Assembly: GCA_039545335.1 (NCBI GenBank)
Contig: BCIN01000001.1
Span: forward strand, 2,291,129-2,355,128
Direction: 5' to 3'
DNA: 64,000 nucleotides
Source: Kondoa subrosea
Taxonomy: Eukaryota
Shown here one piece after another: positions 13,201 to 25,082 of this stretch. Numbering within the stretch: the first letter of the stretch is position 1; each line of letters begins with the position of its first letter. The position numbers and the translations under genes are program-made. Under the pieces are notes generated by a model, which did no database searches, was not told where the DNA came from, and saw nothing but the letters and a program-made list of their open reading frames with translations.

Positions 13201-13682
13201 TAGACTTCCTTCATTGCACAAAGACCTAGACTTGCACCGGTATTTTGATCCACTTCTTCACATAACCAGACCCGGCCATGAGTTCCACGACCGATCTCTT
13301 TCAGACGAACGTATCTGCGTGCTGCTTCAGATTCGCGCAGAGCATTATGCATGGATGGCTCGTACTGATTGACCATTCTGCGGCCTTTGGCATCATACGC
13401 AAGTTTGATTCGAGTAGTGTCCTTGACCTCTTCATCCTCCTCGCTAGGCCTCTCCGCTTGAGCCTGGATGACATTATCACTCAAGCTCCGACTGTGCAAA
13501 CCAATTTTCCGCTTCCCATTCATCGCTGCCTCTTTGTTCATTGCAGCGGCGTCATGATCCACATCAATCGCGACCCAATCAGCGACGGAACCAGAGGTAG
13601 ACGGAGGAATAGGCCTGCTTGTAACAACAAATGATGAGGTATCGAGCTTTCTCGCTTTGCTTGAAGGCCTAGAGCGTGTCAT
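10277..13682 (-). CDS. CaMKK-family (Sak1/Ssp1-like) protein kinase with long disordered tails
   Basis: NQYVRLKEIGRGTHGRVWL...EIAIMKRCHHKHVVKLKEVINDPQSKKIFMVLEY...HRDIKPANLL...KISDFGVS...KTAGSPAFFAPE...GKAIDIWALGVTLYCLLFG. The start codon is uncertain (13682 or an upstream in-frame ATG). Confidence 0.85.
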
Positions 13683-14162
13683 ATCGCTTCCCTTGAACCT
13701 CTCGAAGATTCCTTGTCTTTGTTGGGGATTTGTCTGCAGCAGTACCGACATACATATATTGAGTTCCGATTTCAGTGCATTCAGTAGCTCGTAATGTGGT
13801 GGGCCGACAGCATGTAGGGGTGTACTTGAGTGTAGGCTATAGAGCTCTGGGTTGCTCACGGGGTCGGTTCACTGGTGTCTACGAGAAAAGAATATCAATT
13901 CCTCGTACGCCAAGATGAGGTTTATGATATTATTATTGCACAGATGCAGATGACGCGCAGAATTGTTCTCGTGGACATCTACGATCGACTGCCTTTGCTT
14001 TCTTTCAGAGATACAATACGATCTGCAGAGGTACACAAATTGAAAAGTCGAAAAACCAGATGTTGGGGGCATTATTCATGTTGGCTTGGCTTTCCCCCTT
14101 GTATTCGTTGGGAGGAGTTAGGATCGAGATGATAGCAGTCGCACGAGACATATGAGGAGTAT

Positions 14163-15545
14163 TCAGGCTTTCTTCAATTCACTCGTCAATTTATGTGAAG
14201 CAATTCCTGTTGTTGCGAGACCATCAGCCATCCCATAAACCACTGCGTACGGAGCATAAACTTACTATTCCAGTCCAACTTCTGCTTGTGCACGGGCAAA
14301 GCTCTCCTCAATTCCTTGAAGGTCTTTTCACTCATATCTGAATATGCCTCATTGAGCGACAGCTGATACTCCCTCTCCGCATTAGCGATCTTCTTCAGAA
14401 CTTCCTTGGCGACTGCAGCAGGTTCTGATGCAGACAGGGTGAAATTGATCTGGAACTTGCACGTTAATGCAATTCAATGTATTAGCGTACCGACTAACCG
14501 CAGAAGAAGCATGCATCTGAACGTTTCCTTGTTCATAATAATGTACGTCTACCTTCATCTCTCCAGATACAGTGTTTGCGTCTAAATCGATTTCGTAACA
14601 TGAGCGCCAGCGTCCGGTCCAAAAATTGACAGGGTTGTATTTGTTGCCGACCAAATAGATGGCAAACTTTCTCGAGGCGGGTTGTTGACTCTCAGCAGGT
14701 TGAGCTATAGATTCTGATTTCGAAATTTCATCTGTTGACTCATGATCTTCCTCCGCAGCTGCAGTACCTTCGGTCGCTTCTTCTATCTCTGAAGACTGTA
14801 CAGGTATTTCATCAGCTGCAGGAATTGAGAATGTCGCTGGAGCAGCTATGGGCTGAGAAAGACAGAAAGCCGAAGCGACGCCTTGCGAGTAGTGATTACT
14901 AGCATACGCTGTTGCTGAGCTTTCCAGCGACGACCTAGACTATCGCATGAGCAACTGTGCAAGGCTTCCGACACGCAGAATAGTACCGAAATGCTTCGAG
15001 ACCCTCGTGCACAGCAAGAGGTTCGAGCTTGGAAGGATGCTGTACCTAGCGAATCAGGCCACAGAGGAGTACGAGGACAAATTCACTGACAAGCTGGACA
15101 TGATCGAACTCGAAGCTTTGCTTTGATCGAGGGTCAATGAAGCGCTTAGCATCAGTTGAAGTTTGCGAAGCTTTACAGATTAAGACCTTGTAGCAACGTC
15201 AACCTTGCGAAGAATTACCGCTGTAGCACGACGCACTGGTTCGTTTGATCCAGGTACTTCAGCGACGGTGTATTGCTCTACGTTGTATTGCTCAAGTGCT
15301 GGCGCTATGCCAGATTCAAGGGCGACATCGTCTTGTATGATAGTACGTATGTCTGCCTGATGCTATCAGCGCCAGCACGAGCCCTCTACAGTCTACTGGG
15401 GCTCACCGTTCAAGACATCATTCACTTCACCAGCAGGAGCCTGAAGCAACATCTTTGATACCAACGCGATCTATCGGAGCGTCAGCCCAGCGTCAAACTA
15501 TTTCCCAGCTCATTACTGCACCTTCTCTTCAGTTGACAAATCCAT
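14163..15545 (-). CDS. CAP1: F-actin capping protein alpha subunit
   Basis: MDLSTEEK|IALVSKMLLQAPAGEVNDVLN...VGNKYNPVNFWTGRWRS...VDVHYYEQGNVQ...SEKTFKELRRALPVHKQKLDWNRIASHKL. Stop TGA at 14163-14165. Confidence 0.93.
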
Positions 15546-15573
15546 GATCCGCTGTTTGGAATGAAACCGCGAA

Positions 15574-16560
15574 ATGGACGGAGAGCCTATACCTCGCGTT
15601 ACAAGCATCTTGCTCGGCTCTGCCATTGCCATGTCTGTTCTTGTAGTACGTTGCAATCCTTATTCATGCTTCAGCGTACTCAAATTCACCAATAACAAAA
15701 CAGCAATGTCATTTTGTGACACCCTTTCAGCTCTTCTACGCTCCTCGACCTGTCTTCTTACAAGGTCAAGCTTGGAGGCTGCTTGCGAGTTGATGCAGTC
15801 TATATTGGTCATTCACGGCTGATCAGTCTTCCGGTCAGACCAACTTCCTCTTCTTTGGCCCGCTCTCCTTGGATTTCTGCTTTCATTTGTTCTTCTTCGC
15901 TCGCTATTCGAAAATGCTAGAATCCGGAGCCTTTCATGGCCGACCAGCTGACTTTGTTTGGATGCTCTTCATCTGTTGCGCTTCACTGGTCGTAAGTCAA
16001 ACGCTACAGCTGTCTATCGGTGACTGATCTGCAACTGTGTGCTTAGGTTTTGGCACCTCTATCGCCTTCACCATTCCTGTCTTCACCATTCTCTTTTGTT
16101 CTGGTGTACATTTGGTCGAGATTGAACCCGTTCGTGAACTCCGTCAGACTGTACAAATCGTTGAGAATGCTTTCACCAGCCACATTCGCCTATCTTTGTT
16201 CGGTGTAGTCACCATTACTGCTCCTTACCTGCCTTACGCTCTGGTCATCTTTTCCTGGGTTCTGAGCTCCTCATTGACTAATGTCATTGGGGACTTGCTT
16301 GGAATTGCTGTTGGACATTTTTACTATTTCTTTGCTTTTGTATGGAAAGAAGAAGTTGGCAGTGGGCAAAAGTGAGCAATGTCTGTGCTTGTCTGTTCTA
16401 CGCTGATACACAAATAGGAATGTACTGGCTACGCCATATATAGTGTATGTTCAGCTTGCGCGTTCTGGTTATGGAACAAATGACGAAGTGCTGTACTAGC
16501 CGACGATTGATTCAAGGGATACCGCCTCGAGAAGAGCAGGCGCCCATGGCGGTACAATAA
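15574..16560 (+). CDS. DER1: Derlin (Der1-like ERAD rhomboid pseudoprotease)
   Basis: Spliced [11 protein letters not shown]...VTPFQLFY...[34 protein letters not shown]...VYIWSRLNP...APYLPYALV...[14 protein letters not shown] contains the WR motif and GxxxGH. Stop TAA at 16558-16560. Confidence 0.9.
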
Positions 16561-17005
16561 TCTTTATGAAGGCCCCTTGTCGTACAAATAAGGTGCAGCT
16601 TAGGTACAGCTTCGATACATTTGTCCATCGGGTGAGCTGCCACTTAGTCAGTGTCGTATCTACCCCGACTGATTAGCAATAATGCAGATTGTCTATTGAT
16701 GGCGCGCCTCTCTCGACCCTATGTACAAATGCATATACATCTTTGGCAATTGGTGCCGACATCCTCGCACAAACAAGCCTTGCCCACATCAGTCTCATGC
16801 CTCAGAGTGGCAGGCAGCAAGGTCTATGCCGGAAATCAAGGTTGAAGTCAAGTACGCAGCGCATTTCAGTGGGCATCTAAAGGCGTCCCACAATAAGGGA
16901 CTTCATAGACAAATGACTGTAACACATACGTCTGAGTAGCCAACTTCGGTCCTCTTTCTTATTCTTACTGAATTTGTGCTTCTTGACCTTCGACCGCTAT
17001 TAATT

Positions 17006-18748
17006 ATGACACATGTGCGTTTGCTTCGTACCTGCAGGGACACTGACTGAAGCTTGTCACAGCTCCTACCACCTAATTTGCTGAGACTCTTGTGAGCCTC
17101 TCAACTTGAACGAAAGGGAATTCCGAATCTGATTTTGTTTTACCCAGTGCTCCGCGGCCCCCATTAGAGTTCTACAAACCACTAGGAAGAGATCCGGACA
17201 AGCCAATTGGCAGCAAGAAGCCAATTGATGGTGTGGCCGGTCTATTAGAAGCTCTAAAGCAGCAAGAAGCAGAAAATCCAGACGCTATGCAAGTAGACTC
17301 GACTGAACCTACAGACACTGAATATCAACAGTTCCTCAATCGTGTCGAGAATCGCAAAGCTGCTAAAGAGGAAATCAAGAAACGCAATCAACCTGAACAA
17401 TTTGATCCAAATGAAGACCCTAACGCTGCTGGGGACCCTTACAAGTCTCTGTTCATCTCTAAGTTATCTAAAGAAGCTACGGAAGAGGATCTCAGGAGGG
17501 AATTCGCCATGTATGGTCACATTGAAAAGTTGCGCATTGTTAGAGATGTTCGGACAGGAAAGTCTAAAGGTTATGCTTTTATACTCTACGAGAGAGAAAA
17601 GGACATGAAGGGTATATTTCATAGTCACCTGGACGCTGAACCTACTTAAATGTTGTTAACAGCTGCATATAAGGACGCAGAAGGTATCAAGATTCTGGGC
17701 AAGCGCATTCTTGTCGACGTAGAGCGAGGGAGAACAGTCAAGGGCTGGAAACCTATGCGGTTGGGCGGAGGACTTGGCGGTCGGCCCAAACCTGTCGCTG
17801 CGCAAGAAAACACTGGCTATTTCTCGGAACGTGGTGGTTTCGTGAGTTCAATCTGCCTTCTTGAGAGGCATACCAGGCTGATGCCTATGCAGCGCGGCCG
17901 AGGTGGATTCCGAGGCGGCATGTCTGGAGATCGAGGTGGATTCGTGAGTTGCAAGCAGCATTGCCCTCAGAAAACAGGCTGACACATCTCTTTTCCTTTG
18001 CTGCAGCGTGGTGGAAGAGGAGGCGATAGAGGAGGTTTCCGGGGCGGGTTCAGTGATCGTGGGTCTTTCCGTGGAGGTCAGTCTTCTTTATTTCTGGCTT
18101 GGCTTTCCAAAGCCAGGCCCAAAGCAGATGGTAGGCTAAAGGTATTGCATTTTCTCTTTTCTCTCTCTTCTCTACAACCTTTCTTCCACTACTACATCAA
18201 TTTCCGATAATCAGGCTTTGGCGGAGATCGAGGAGGCAGTCGACCAAACGCCTTCGGACAGGGCGCAGGAGATAGAGGTAGCTTTCAACAAGGTCCTGGA
18301 ATTCAATCCGATAATGGCTATGGGGACCGCTCTTCAAGGGGCAACTTCAATGCACCAAGAGGAGCAGGTATTGGCTTCTCGAATTCCGGTTTTGGCGGCG
18401 GTCAGAACAGTTTCCGTGGTCCGCCTCAGCAAGGGGCCTTCAGCCAGCCTCCCTCCGGCGCATTCGGCCCTTCTGGTTCTTCCAATTCTGGCGGATTCAA
18501 GCGGGAGTGAGTACTTTTGGTTACGCCTCGATTACCGAATACTGACAAGACTTAGCTTTGATCAATCCAACGAGTCGAGTAGAGGGAATTTCGGCTCTGA
18601 CGCGCGCAACTCATATTCGTCTCGAGATAATCAGCAAGATTCATCGCGTGGAACATCAAGCTATGGTGGTGGGTATAACGACTCGAGAGGTGGAGGCTAC
18701 TCGAGAGGAAGCTACGACGACAGGGATTCCAAAAGACCGAGATATTGA
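17006..18748 (+). CDS. SNP1: U1 snRNP 70 kDa protein
   Basis: [20 protein letters not shown]-terminus; [13 protein letters not shown]...[63 protein letters not shown]-rich tail ending KRPRY*. Confidence 0.95.
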
Positions 18749-19255
18749 AGTGCAAAAATGTCGCATCGTCAACATTCAGATGCAGGCCTTTGCTCGCCTA
18801 CATATATCCTTTGTAAGTAGTAAGTAGTTTTAGCCACGAAATCTAGCAGCAGGTAGGGTACAGCTACCATGCTGCATACATTGAACATGCTTCCTTTCGG
18901 CGGAGTCGTTATAACTTATGTCACTAGATTTTTATGTATCGCTCTTGACAAGTATGCACGAATGCACCGGTGCATCAATGACTTTTCTTTGTACAGTGAC
19001 GCAGTCATTGTCTTGTCGAGTCTGTCGTGCATTCTTATTCTGCCGTGCTCGTCAGCTGCGCTTGCGAGGTAAAGGTTGCGCCTGGAATCTGTAATATCGG
19101 CTCTCGGATTGGATTGTCGGCGCTCATGACGGGTAATATAAGCTCGCTTCTGAGCTTCATCATTGGCTCAGAGAATATCTTCCCTTTGTCGTAAAGTTAA
19201 CCTGGCTTGGAATTCATTCTGTCTATTGTTGTCTAACGATTCAAAGCGCTCAAGT

Positions 19256-21679
19256 ATGGCAGCTCCTCCTCCTGCTCCTTCTGATCCATTTGCTTTACCG
19301 CCTATCTCTGATCCGCTAGCTGTACCGCCAGGTTCTGACCCATTAGCGAACCAGGGCAAAGACCCTGCTGGTAGTTTGATGCCATCTGATCCCATGGCTG
19401 CCCCTCCTATGGGTAATCTGGACCCTCGAGTACCACCGATGCCTGATTTAGGCGTTGCCGATTCAAAGTAATGCCAAATTGTATTTCAAGCTCCGTGCAT
19501 CTGACTCTCTGAACAGCGCTGGTTTCGGAGAGCCAAGCTTGGGAGGAGAGCCAAAGCTTCCAAGTATGCCTGGAGAGGATCGCCCAGGCATGATGAGTGA
19601 GCCTTTCGGCGATGCTACTAAAGGAGGTGCACCACAACACCATGTCACCGGTGACAACGCTGGGTATTGTCCTGCTTCACCTTTGCCGTCGCAGCTCTGA
19701 CTTTCTTTCAGATCACGGCAACCTATTGGTCCTAGATCTTGCTGGTATGCTGCTCTTCCTGACCGACACGACCTATGCTGACCTCGCAATATGTTTGACA
19801 GGGGTGGTAGTGCCGGCAAGCTACATTCTCATTCAGCATACCCCGGCTTTGTACTGTCTACTATCGCAGTACTTTTGTTGACCCTCGTTTCGCTCGGAAT
19901 ACCTTGCATCAATGGTCTAGAACTGGTCAAAGCCTCCAGGAAGGATGGACCCAGTCAAGTAATGCGCGTTGGCCTCTTCGGAAACTGCTTAAGTGACAAC
20001 ACTTTGCACCTTATCCAGTGCAGCAAACCCGGTTTCAATCCGTTACAAGGTTTTGGTCTTCCAGATGAGGCTGCGATTCAAAGTGCGCTTCCAAAGAGTT
20101 CCACCTTTTGGTTTGCGTTGGTTCCTTTAGACGCTGTACTGGGAGCGATCACAATTCTGTCTGACAATACGCATCTGCTGCTCTTCTACTTCTTGCTCAT
20201 GACCACCGTTATTACTGGCTGTACAAGCGTAATCATGATTATGGTTGTCTCGCCTGTAGTGAAGAAGCTAAATTCTGGTATGTTTTTGAGCTTGTTCAAA
20301 AAGCTCACTCGTGATACGACATGGTAGGAACTGCACTCGAGTCTAAGATCGGAATTGGACTGTACATGATAGTGATTGCGGCTGTTCTATTATTTGTTGC
20401 GGTATGTGGTACAGTTGCTCTCTTGCGAGAAGCTGATGGTGTGCCTCAAGACCGTGCTAACCTGGGAAAGTTCTGCCTTTCAAAGCTGTCGACCTTCCAA
20501 GAACGAGCTTGGAGCAGATGACGGTAGGAAGTCTGCTATTGGGTCTTCTCAATACATCTCGTCACTCATGTCTGATCCGGTGCAGCGAGAAAAGGGAATG
20601 GGCAGACCCGTACAAGGATTCAAGAGATCATTGGAAGCACGATCGAGATGAGCAGACTCATCCTGATGCGCAGCCCATGTCCCACGATCAGTTCAGTCAA
20701 GAGTGAGTAATCGCTCGCCACCTCGCTCCTAGCTAAAAGAGTCTGTAGCCCAGCTGCACCTGCGTACCATGACGACATAATGCCGCCATCTGACGCGGCA
20801 CCTCGTAAGTAAATGATAACGCGGGAATCTGTCCTCTAATTGAATGCCCTAGCGTTTGGCGCCGAGTAAGTAAGAATCCCCTTACTGGAAGTGCATTCTG
20901 ATGATAGGTAGCGGGGCCCCTGGCGGAGGTATGGATGGGTGAGTTATCATTGTATGAAGAAGATAGAAAATCTAAGGCTTTAGGAAACAGCATGCCTGCC
21001 GAACCAGGCCAAGATGGCGATCCGATGGCAGCACCGATACAAGATGGCGACTCAGGCGCCATCCCTGATGTGAATGTGAGTGACCTCTAATCATTCCAAT
21101 GCAGCGAGCTGACATCCAATCTAGAATATTGATGCTCCTGCACCTGAGCTTGATCCTGTAGGATGTCATTATGCCTGATGCAAAAGCAAGTACTCATTGA
21201 AGTTATGAACAGGCTGTCGCTTCAGAAGCCAAGGACGCTATGTACGTCCTTACTAAACCACGGTATCAAGCGCAGCTGATCATTTTGGCAGGCGGAAAGA
21301 CTCAACAGCCGTGCTTGATGACGAGAAGCAGCGACACCAAGACATGGTCAAGAACTTGCAAGGTATCCCTCTCAACAGGCCCAAGAAGAACAAGAAAAAG
21401 GACAAGCGCGTGGCTGATGATCCGCTTACTTTTATGCTACAGTGGCAAGCGAAGGATAATTGGGATGGATGGGACTATCGCAATCCGGACAATCGAGCTT
21501 CAGCTATCGCTCAAGCAGCGATTCTTCAGCCTGGGCAACCAAATCCTGAAACAGGCATCGACAATGCGCAAGATAATCAGATGGATGTCTTTAGTTCAGC
21601 CTCAATGATGGAACAAGGGATGTCTGCACCTAGCCGACAACCATCTCGCAAGCCATCCAGGCAACAATCCACGCGCTGA
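19256..21679 (+). CDS. SUR7/PalI (claudin-like tetraspan) family membrane protein with Pro-rich N-terminal extension; 3' exon structure uncertain
   Basis: Four in-frame spliced exons lead into TM1 (GFVLSTIAVLLLTLVSLG). This is followed by the loop motif VGLFGNC...C and further hydrophobic segments including KIGIGLYMIVIAAVLLFVA. The downstream exons to 21679 may belong to the same gene or to a second gene. Confidence 0.55.
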
Positions 21680-22718
21680 AAACGTATAAGTTCCAATTTG
21701 TAGGCATTGTATTAGTTTGTCATGTGGAAAGAGCCTATAATTTGAAATTCCCTTCCCTGCTTCTTATCTAGCCTCTTAGCACGCTTCTCCTCGCTGGTTT
21801 TGTTATTGACTTCGCTTGTGTTCACGTATGTCTCAATGACTTGGCTATGACAGTAAGTTTTCAGTATCTGCCAAGAAGAGAACATGGTGATGTCGATTAA
21901 ATAAATGCCAATTCACAAGAAAACCCATTTTCTGTTGTTGCGTTAGACTTCTATGATTCTGCGAATGTCATAGACAGAGACACGATGACCAGGAAGGACA
22001 GAAACAAGGAACGCAAAAGGACGAATTGAAATCATGATCAAACAAGGCAGAACAGCTTACAGGGCTTGAAATACAATGCGACGAAGTGAATAAGCACGAA
22101 GGGTGCACGACCTCTGAACACAGATGCAGGATACCCGTCGATACTATCTTTTGCTTTTGTGTACTGCAACCCAACGACCAGATCAAGCTAAACCACTAAT
22201 ACAAACTAAAGCGCAGAGGACAGTCATGCGGCGTGCTTGGCTTTGCCTGCTCTCACTGTGGTGATGAGGGGTTTGACATCGGCACATTGTTCTGAGTCTG
22301 CAAGCGACATGTCTACGCAGAACAGAAGTGACGATATGTTCTACTGAGTTAGGTCAGATATGTTCAGATTTGTAGGCGTAGAAAGATCTTACCGAAAGTC
22401 ATAGCTCAGTGAAGCAATCGACAACCTTGAAGTAACAGCAGCAGAGTCTCTAGAATGAGCTCCGTACCTAACCTGATAATCCAGAGAGCGCGAGCCAGCA
22501 GAAGAAAGCAGTAGGTGGATCCAAAGCATCAATATTCAGGAAGAGGAGCTTGCTGTGATATGGTCGAACTTTCAGCCATGTAACACGATGTCTCGTCATG
22601 TTCAGACTCGCATTTCAGAGATAGAATATCATCTGTTTCAAGTTTAAGCGTTTAAAAGCTGGTCTTGCAAACAAAACACTCACCCAGCTAGTAATCTACT
22701 GCTGTAAAATGAAGACCC

Positions 22719-24224
22719 TTAGACTTTTCTTAGCTTTTTTCGCGGTTTCAGCATCATCACTTGAGGTCTTGCCGTTGCACTGTCCATATCCTCTGCTTTC
22801 CTCTTCTCGGCAGCCAATCCTTCAGGTAGAACAACACTTCGAAATACTTGATCCAGGGTGCCAGAATGCCCAAGTAAAGCCGTCTTCAATTGCGAAAGCC
22901 ATGAGGAATGCGCTGCTGCTATACGAGCGACTGAAGTCTTCTCACTCTGGTCTACCGGGAGCGAAGCTGCAAACGGATCTGCTTGGTCGGAGATTTGCTT
23001 TTCGACAACTGGCTGAGGGATCGGTTTCAGCGAATAGTTGACATTGTGATATGTACTCCAAAGTTTGGTATAGACCGAATGCGCCAAGCAAGGTATTTGA
23101 TCTGACTGTTGCGCCATCACTGCCCCTTCGACTTTCTTTCCCACTGCGCCTTCCGCTTGTAGTGCTTCATCTTTTAGCTTCTGCTTCTCCGCCTGGCCTA
23201 CAGCTTCCGTCGGATTCCCTTCTTCTCGACAGACCAAAACGAAGAAGCCAACAATTGCACCCGAACAGCATTCTTGTCTGAAAGCCAATCTTTCCCAAAA
23301 TTCATCCAAACTAATGCCCTTCAGTCTAGATTTCTCCAATTCTCTCTGATGCTCCAGTTGCGAGTCTTCTAAGGAAGAGCCGTGTACTTTAGTTTGCGCG
23401 AGATGAGCATCTTCATAATCACCTGGTTCGCCGGCTGCTGACATAGGTGAAGAAGTCAAAGAAGTGAGAAAACGAGATTTAGGGTCGTCAGGGAATGCAG
23501 GTATCAGATCGCCAAGTTGTTGCATCTCTAGAGGTGCAGAGCAAATAGCTGGTAAACTCTTGTATGGATGACCATAAGACCACTTGAGAGCATCTTGTGG
23601 ATCTTTGGGCGGAACTCCAATCAGTCTTCTGGCTTCTCCCTCTTCTGTATCGGGCAAAGCGAACCATGCTTTGATTTGCTTGATGGAATCTTGTTTGCAG
23701 AAGTTAGCAGCCAAGGTTAACACGCTCTTCCACCATGCAGAAAGTCTCTTGTCCGACAAGACACGCTTGTTGGTGTTTTCGATGCTGCCCGGATAGAGGT
23801 ATTGTGCAGCAGCTCGACCAAAAACATGTACTCGGACGTCTTGACCTCCATGCATGCAGAACCAAGCAATGAACGCAGCTGAAACGGCCTTTGCTACTGA
23901 AGGGCGCGAGAAGATGCCGGTCGTGTCAGCTTTAGAAATGTATAAGAGAGTAGTATTGGTCGAAGGTATTTTGAAAAGACAAGCTTCAAGACCGAATGTA
24001 GGAACAACTTGACTTTCTTCTACGCACTCGCCAACAGACAGGAGGAAGTCTTCTATCCATACCTTGCTGTCCTTGTGACTGGAAGCCCAAGGGAAAAGTG
24101 AATAGGTTCTTCTGGAGTCTGATTTGAGCAGAGCCAGTTCTAATTTACGCGTTTTGCCAGTCAAGCGTGCGGATGCGGTCCTTGCTAGCTGCTCCTCGAC
24201 GAATTTGAGGAGATTGGACTGCAT
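22719..24224 (-). CDS. RTT109: Histone H3K56 acetyltransferase Rtt109
   Basis: Single ORF with YISKADTTG, AQYLYPGS..N..KRVLSDKRLSAWW, IPAFPDDPKSRFL and FWERLAFRQECCSGAIVGFF. The first in-frame ATG is at 24224. Confidence 0.92.
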   Translation of the reverse strand: MQSNLLKFVEEQLARTASARLTGKTRKLELALLKSDSRRTYSLFPWASSHKDSKVWIEDFLLSVGECVEESQVVPTFGLEACLFKIPSTNTTLLYISKADTTGIFSRPSVAKAVSAAFIAWFCMHGGQDVRVHVFGRAAAQYLYPGSIENTNKRVLSDKRLSAWWKSVLTLAANFCKQDSIKQIKAWFALPDTEEGEARRLIGVPPKDPQDALKWSYGHPYKSLPAICSAPLEMQQLGDLIPAFPDDPKSRFLTSLTSSPMSAAGEPGDYEDAHLAQTKVHGSSLEDSQLEHQRELEKSRLKGISLDEFWERLAFRQECCSGAIVGFFVLVCREEGNPTEAVGQAEKQKLKDEALQAEGAVGKKVEGAVMAQQSDQIPCLAHSVYTKLWSTYHNVNYSLKPIPQPVVEKQISDQADPFAASLPVDQSEKTSVARIAAAHSSWLSQLKTALLGHSGTLDQVFRSVVLPEGLAAEKRKAEDMDSATARPQVMMLKPRKKLRKV

Positions 24225-24470
24225 AAGAGACGCGTCGTGGTTCAAGGTCAACCGTTCTCAAGCCTTAAGCAAATGTCATGCCTCGCCCGCGCAATGCTAT
24301 CTGGAGTCCATTCCGTCTAGTCCAAAAGCAGCAGGCGGACGAAAGTAAACAATGTGATGTAGTATTAATAAGCATGGTTGGTCCGATGCATCGACGACAG
24401 TAGATCGTTGACGTAGACTTCTCTTGACCCAGGTTGTCCTAAACCACCAACCTTTTCTCTCACAACGATA

Positions 24471-24847
24471 ATGTCAAGCATTGGCGAAGATCCTCTCCGT
24501 ATGCCTACCTCTTCGATCTTTCCAGCTAGCCGAGCTGATTTCCTAACAGAGCAACAACCCGGCTTCAACGCAGGCGCGGAAGACAATGCAGTCTCTGAAG
24601 ATGCTGTCAAGCAAGGTGAGCATACCTGTGTGCTTGGATCAATCACTAACCTCGATTTGGCAAGGCGATTTGCAGGACATCAGCAAAGAGAACATCATCG
24701 ATGACCGAACTCGTGGTGCTCAACAAGAAGCTTACGCCGCTGAGAACGAAATGGATAGAAAGACTGCAGATGGTATGCTATGTCGGTAGGTCACCGAAAC
24801 TCGAGATATTGATTAAAGCCTATGCAGCCACCGGACAAGACTCTTAG
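24471..24847 (+). CDS. Small (~73 aa) acidic protein with a CHZ-like (histone H2A.Z chaperone) motif
   Basis: Exons 24471-24498, 24550-24615, 24665-24772 and 24828-24847 give MSSIGEDPLQQQPGFNAGAEDNAVSEDAVKQGDLQDISKENIIDDRTRGAQQEAYAAENEMDRKTADATGQDS*. DISKENIIDDRTRG resembles the CHZ core (ID/S.xNII...RTRG). Confidence 0.6.
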
Positions 24848-25082
24848 AGCGCTGCAAGCGAATGGAATTGTAATACATGAAGGAGAGAATTGAGATTGTG
24901 CCTTGATCTTGCGATTCACCTGTCTAGATCTCAACGGGATTTGGCACGGGATTTAGTGACCACCGCGAGACCCTAGATCCTGTTCGCGCAAAAACCTCTA
25001 TTGACATGAAACATTACGAGCGCACAACACGAGCTTGAAAAGGGCAGAGAGGTTCGAGCGAGACTTGTCAAGGATCAACCAA

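Noticed and set aside
24230..24311. MCB-like ACGCGT and two 4-codon uORFs upstream of RTT109
   Set aside because: A single 6-mer right next to the ATG and short ORFs are expected by chance, and the TSS is unknown.
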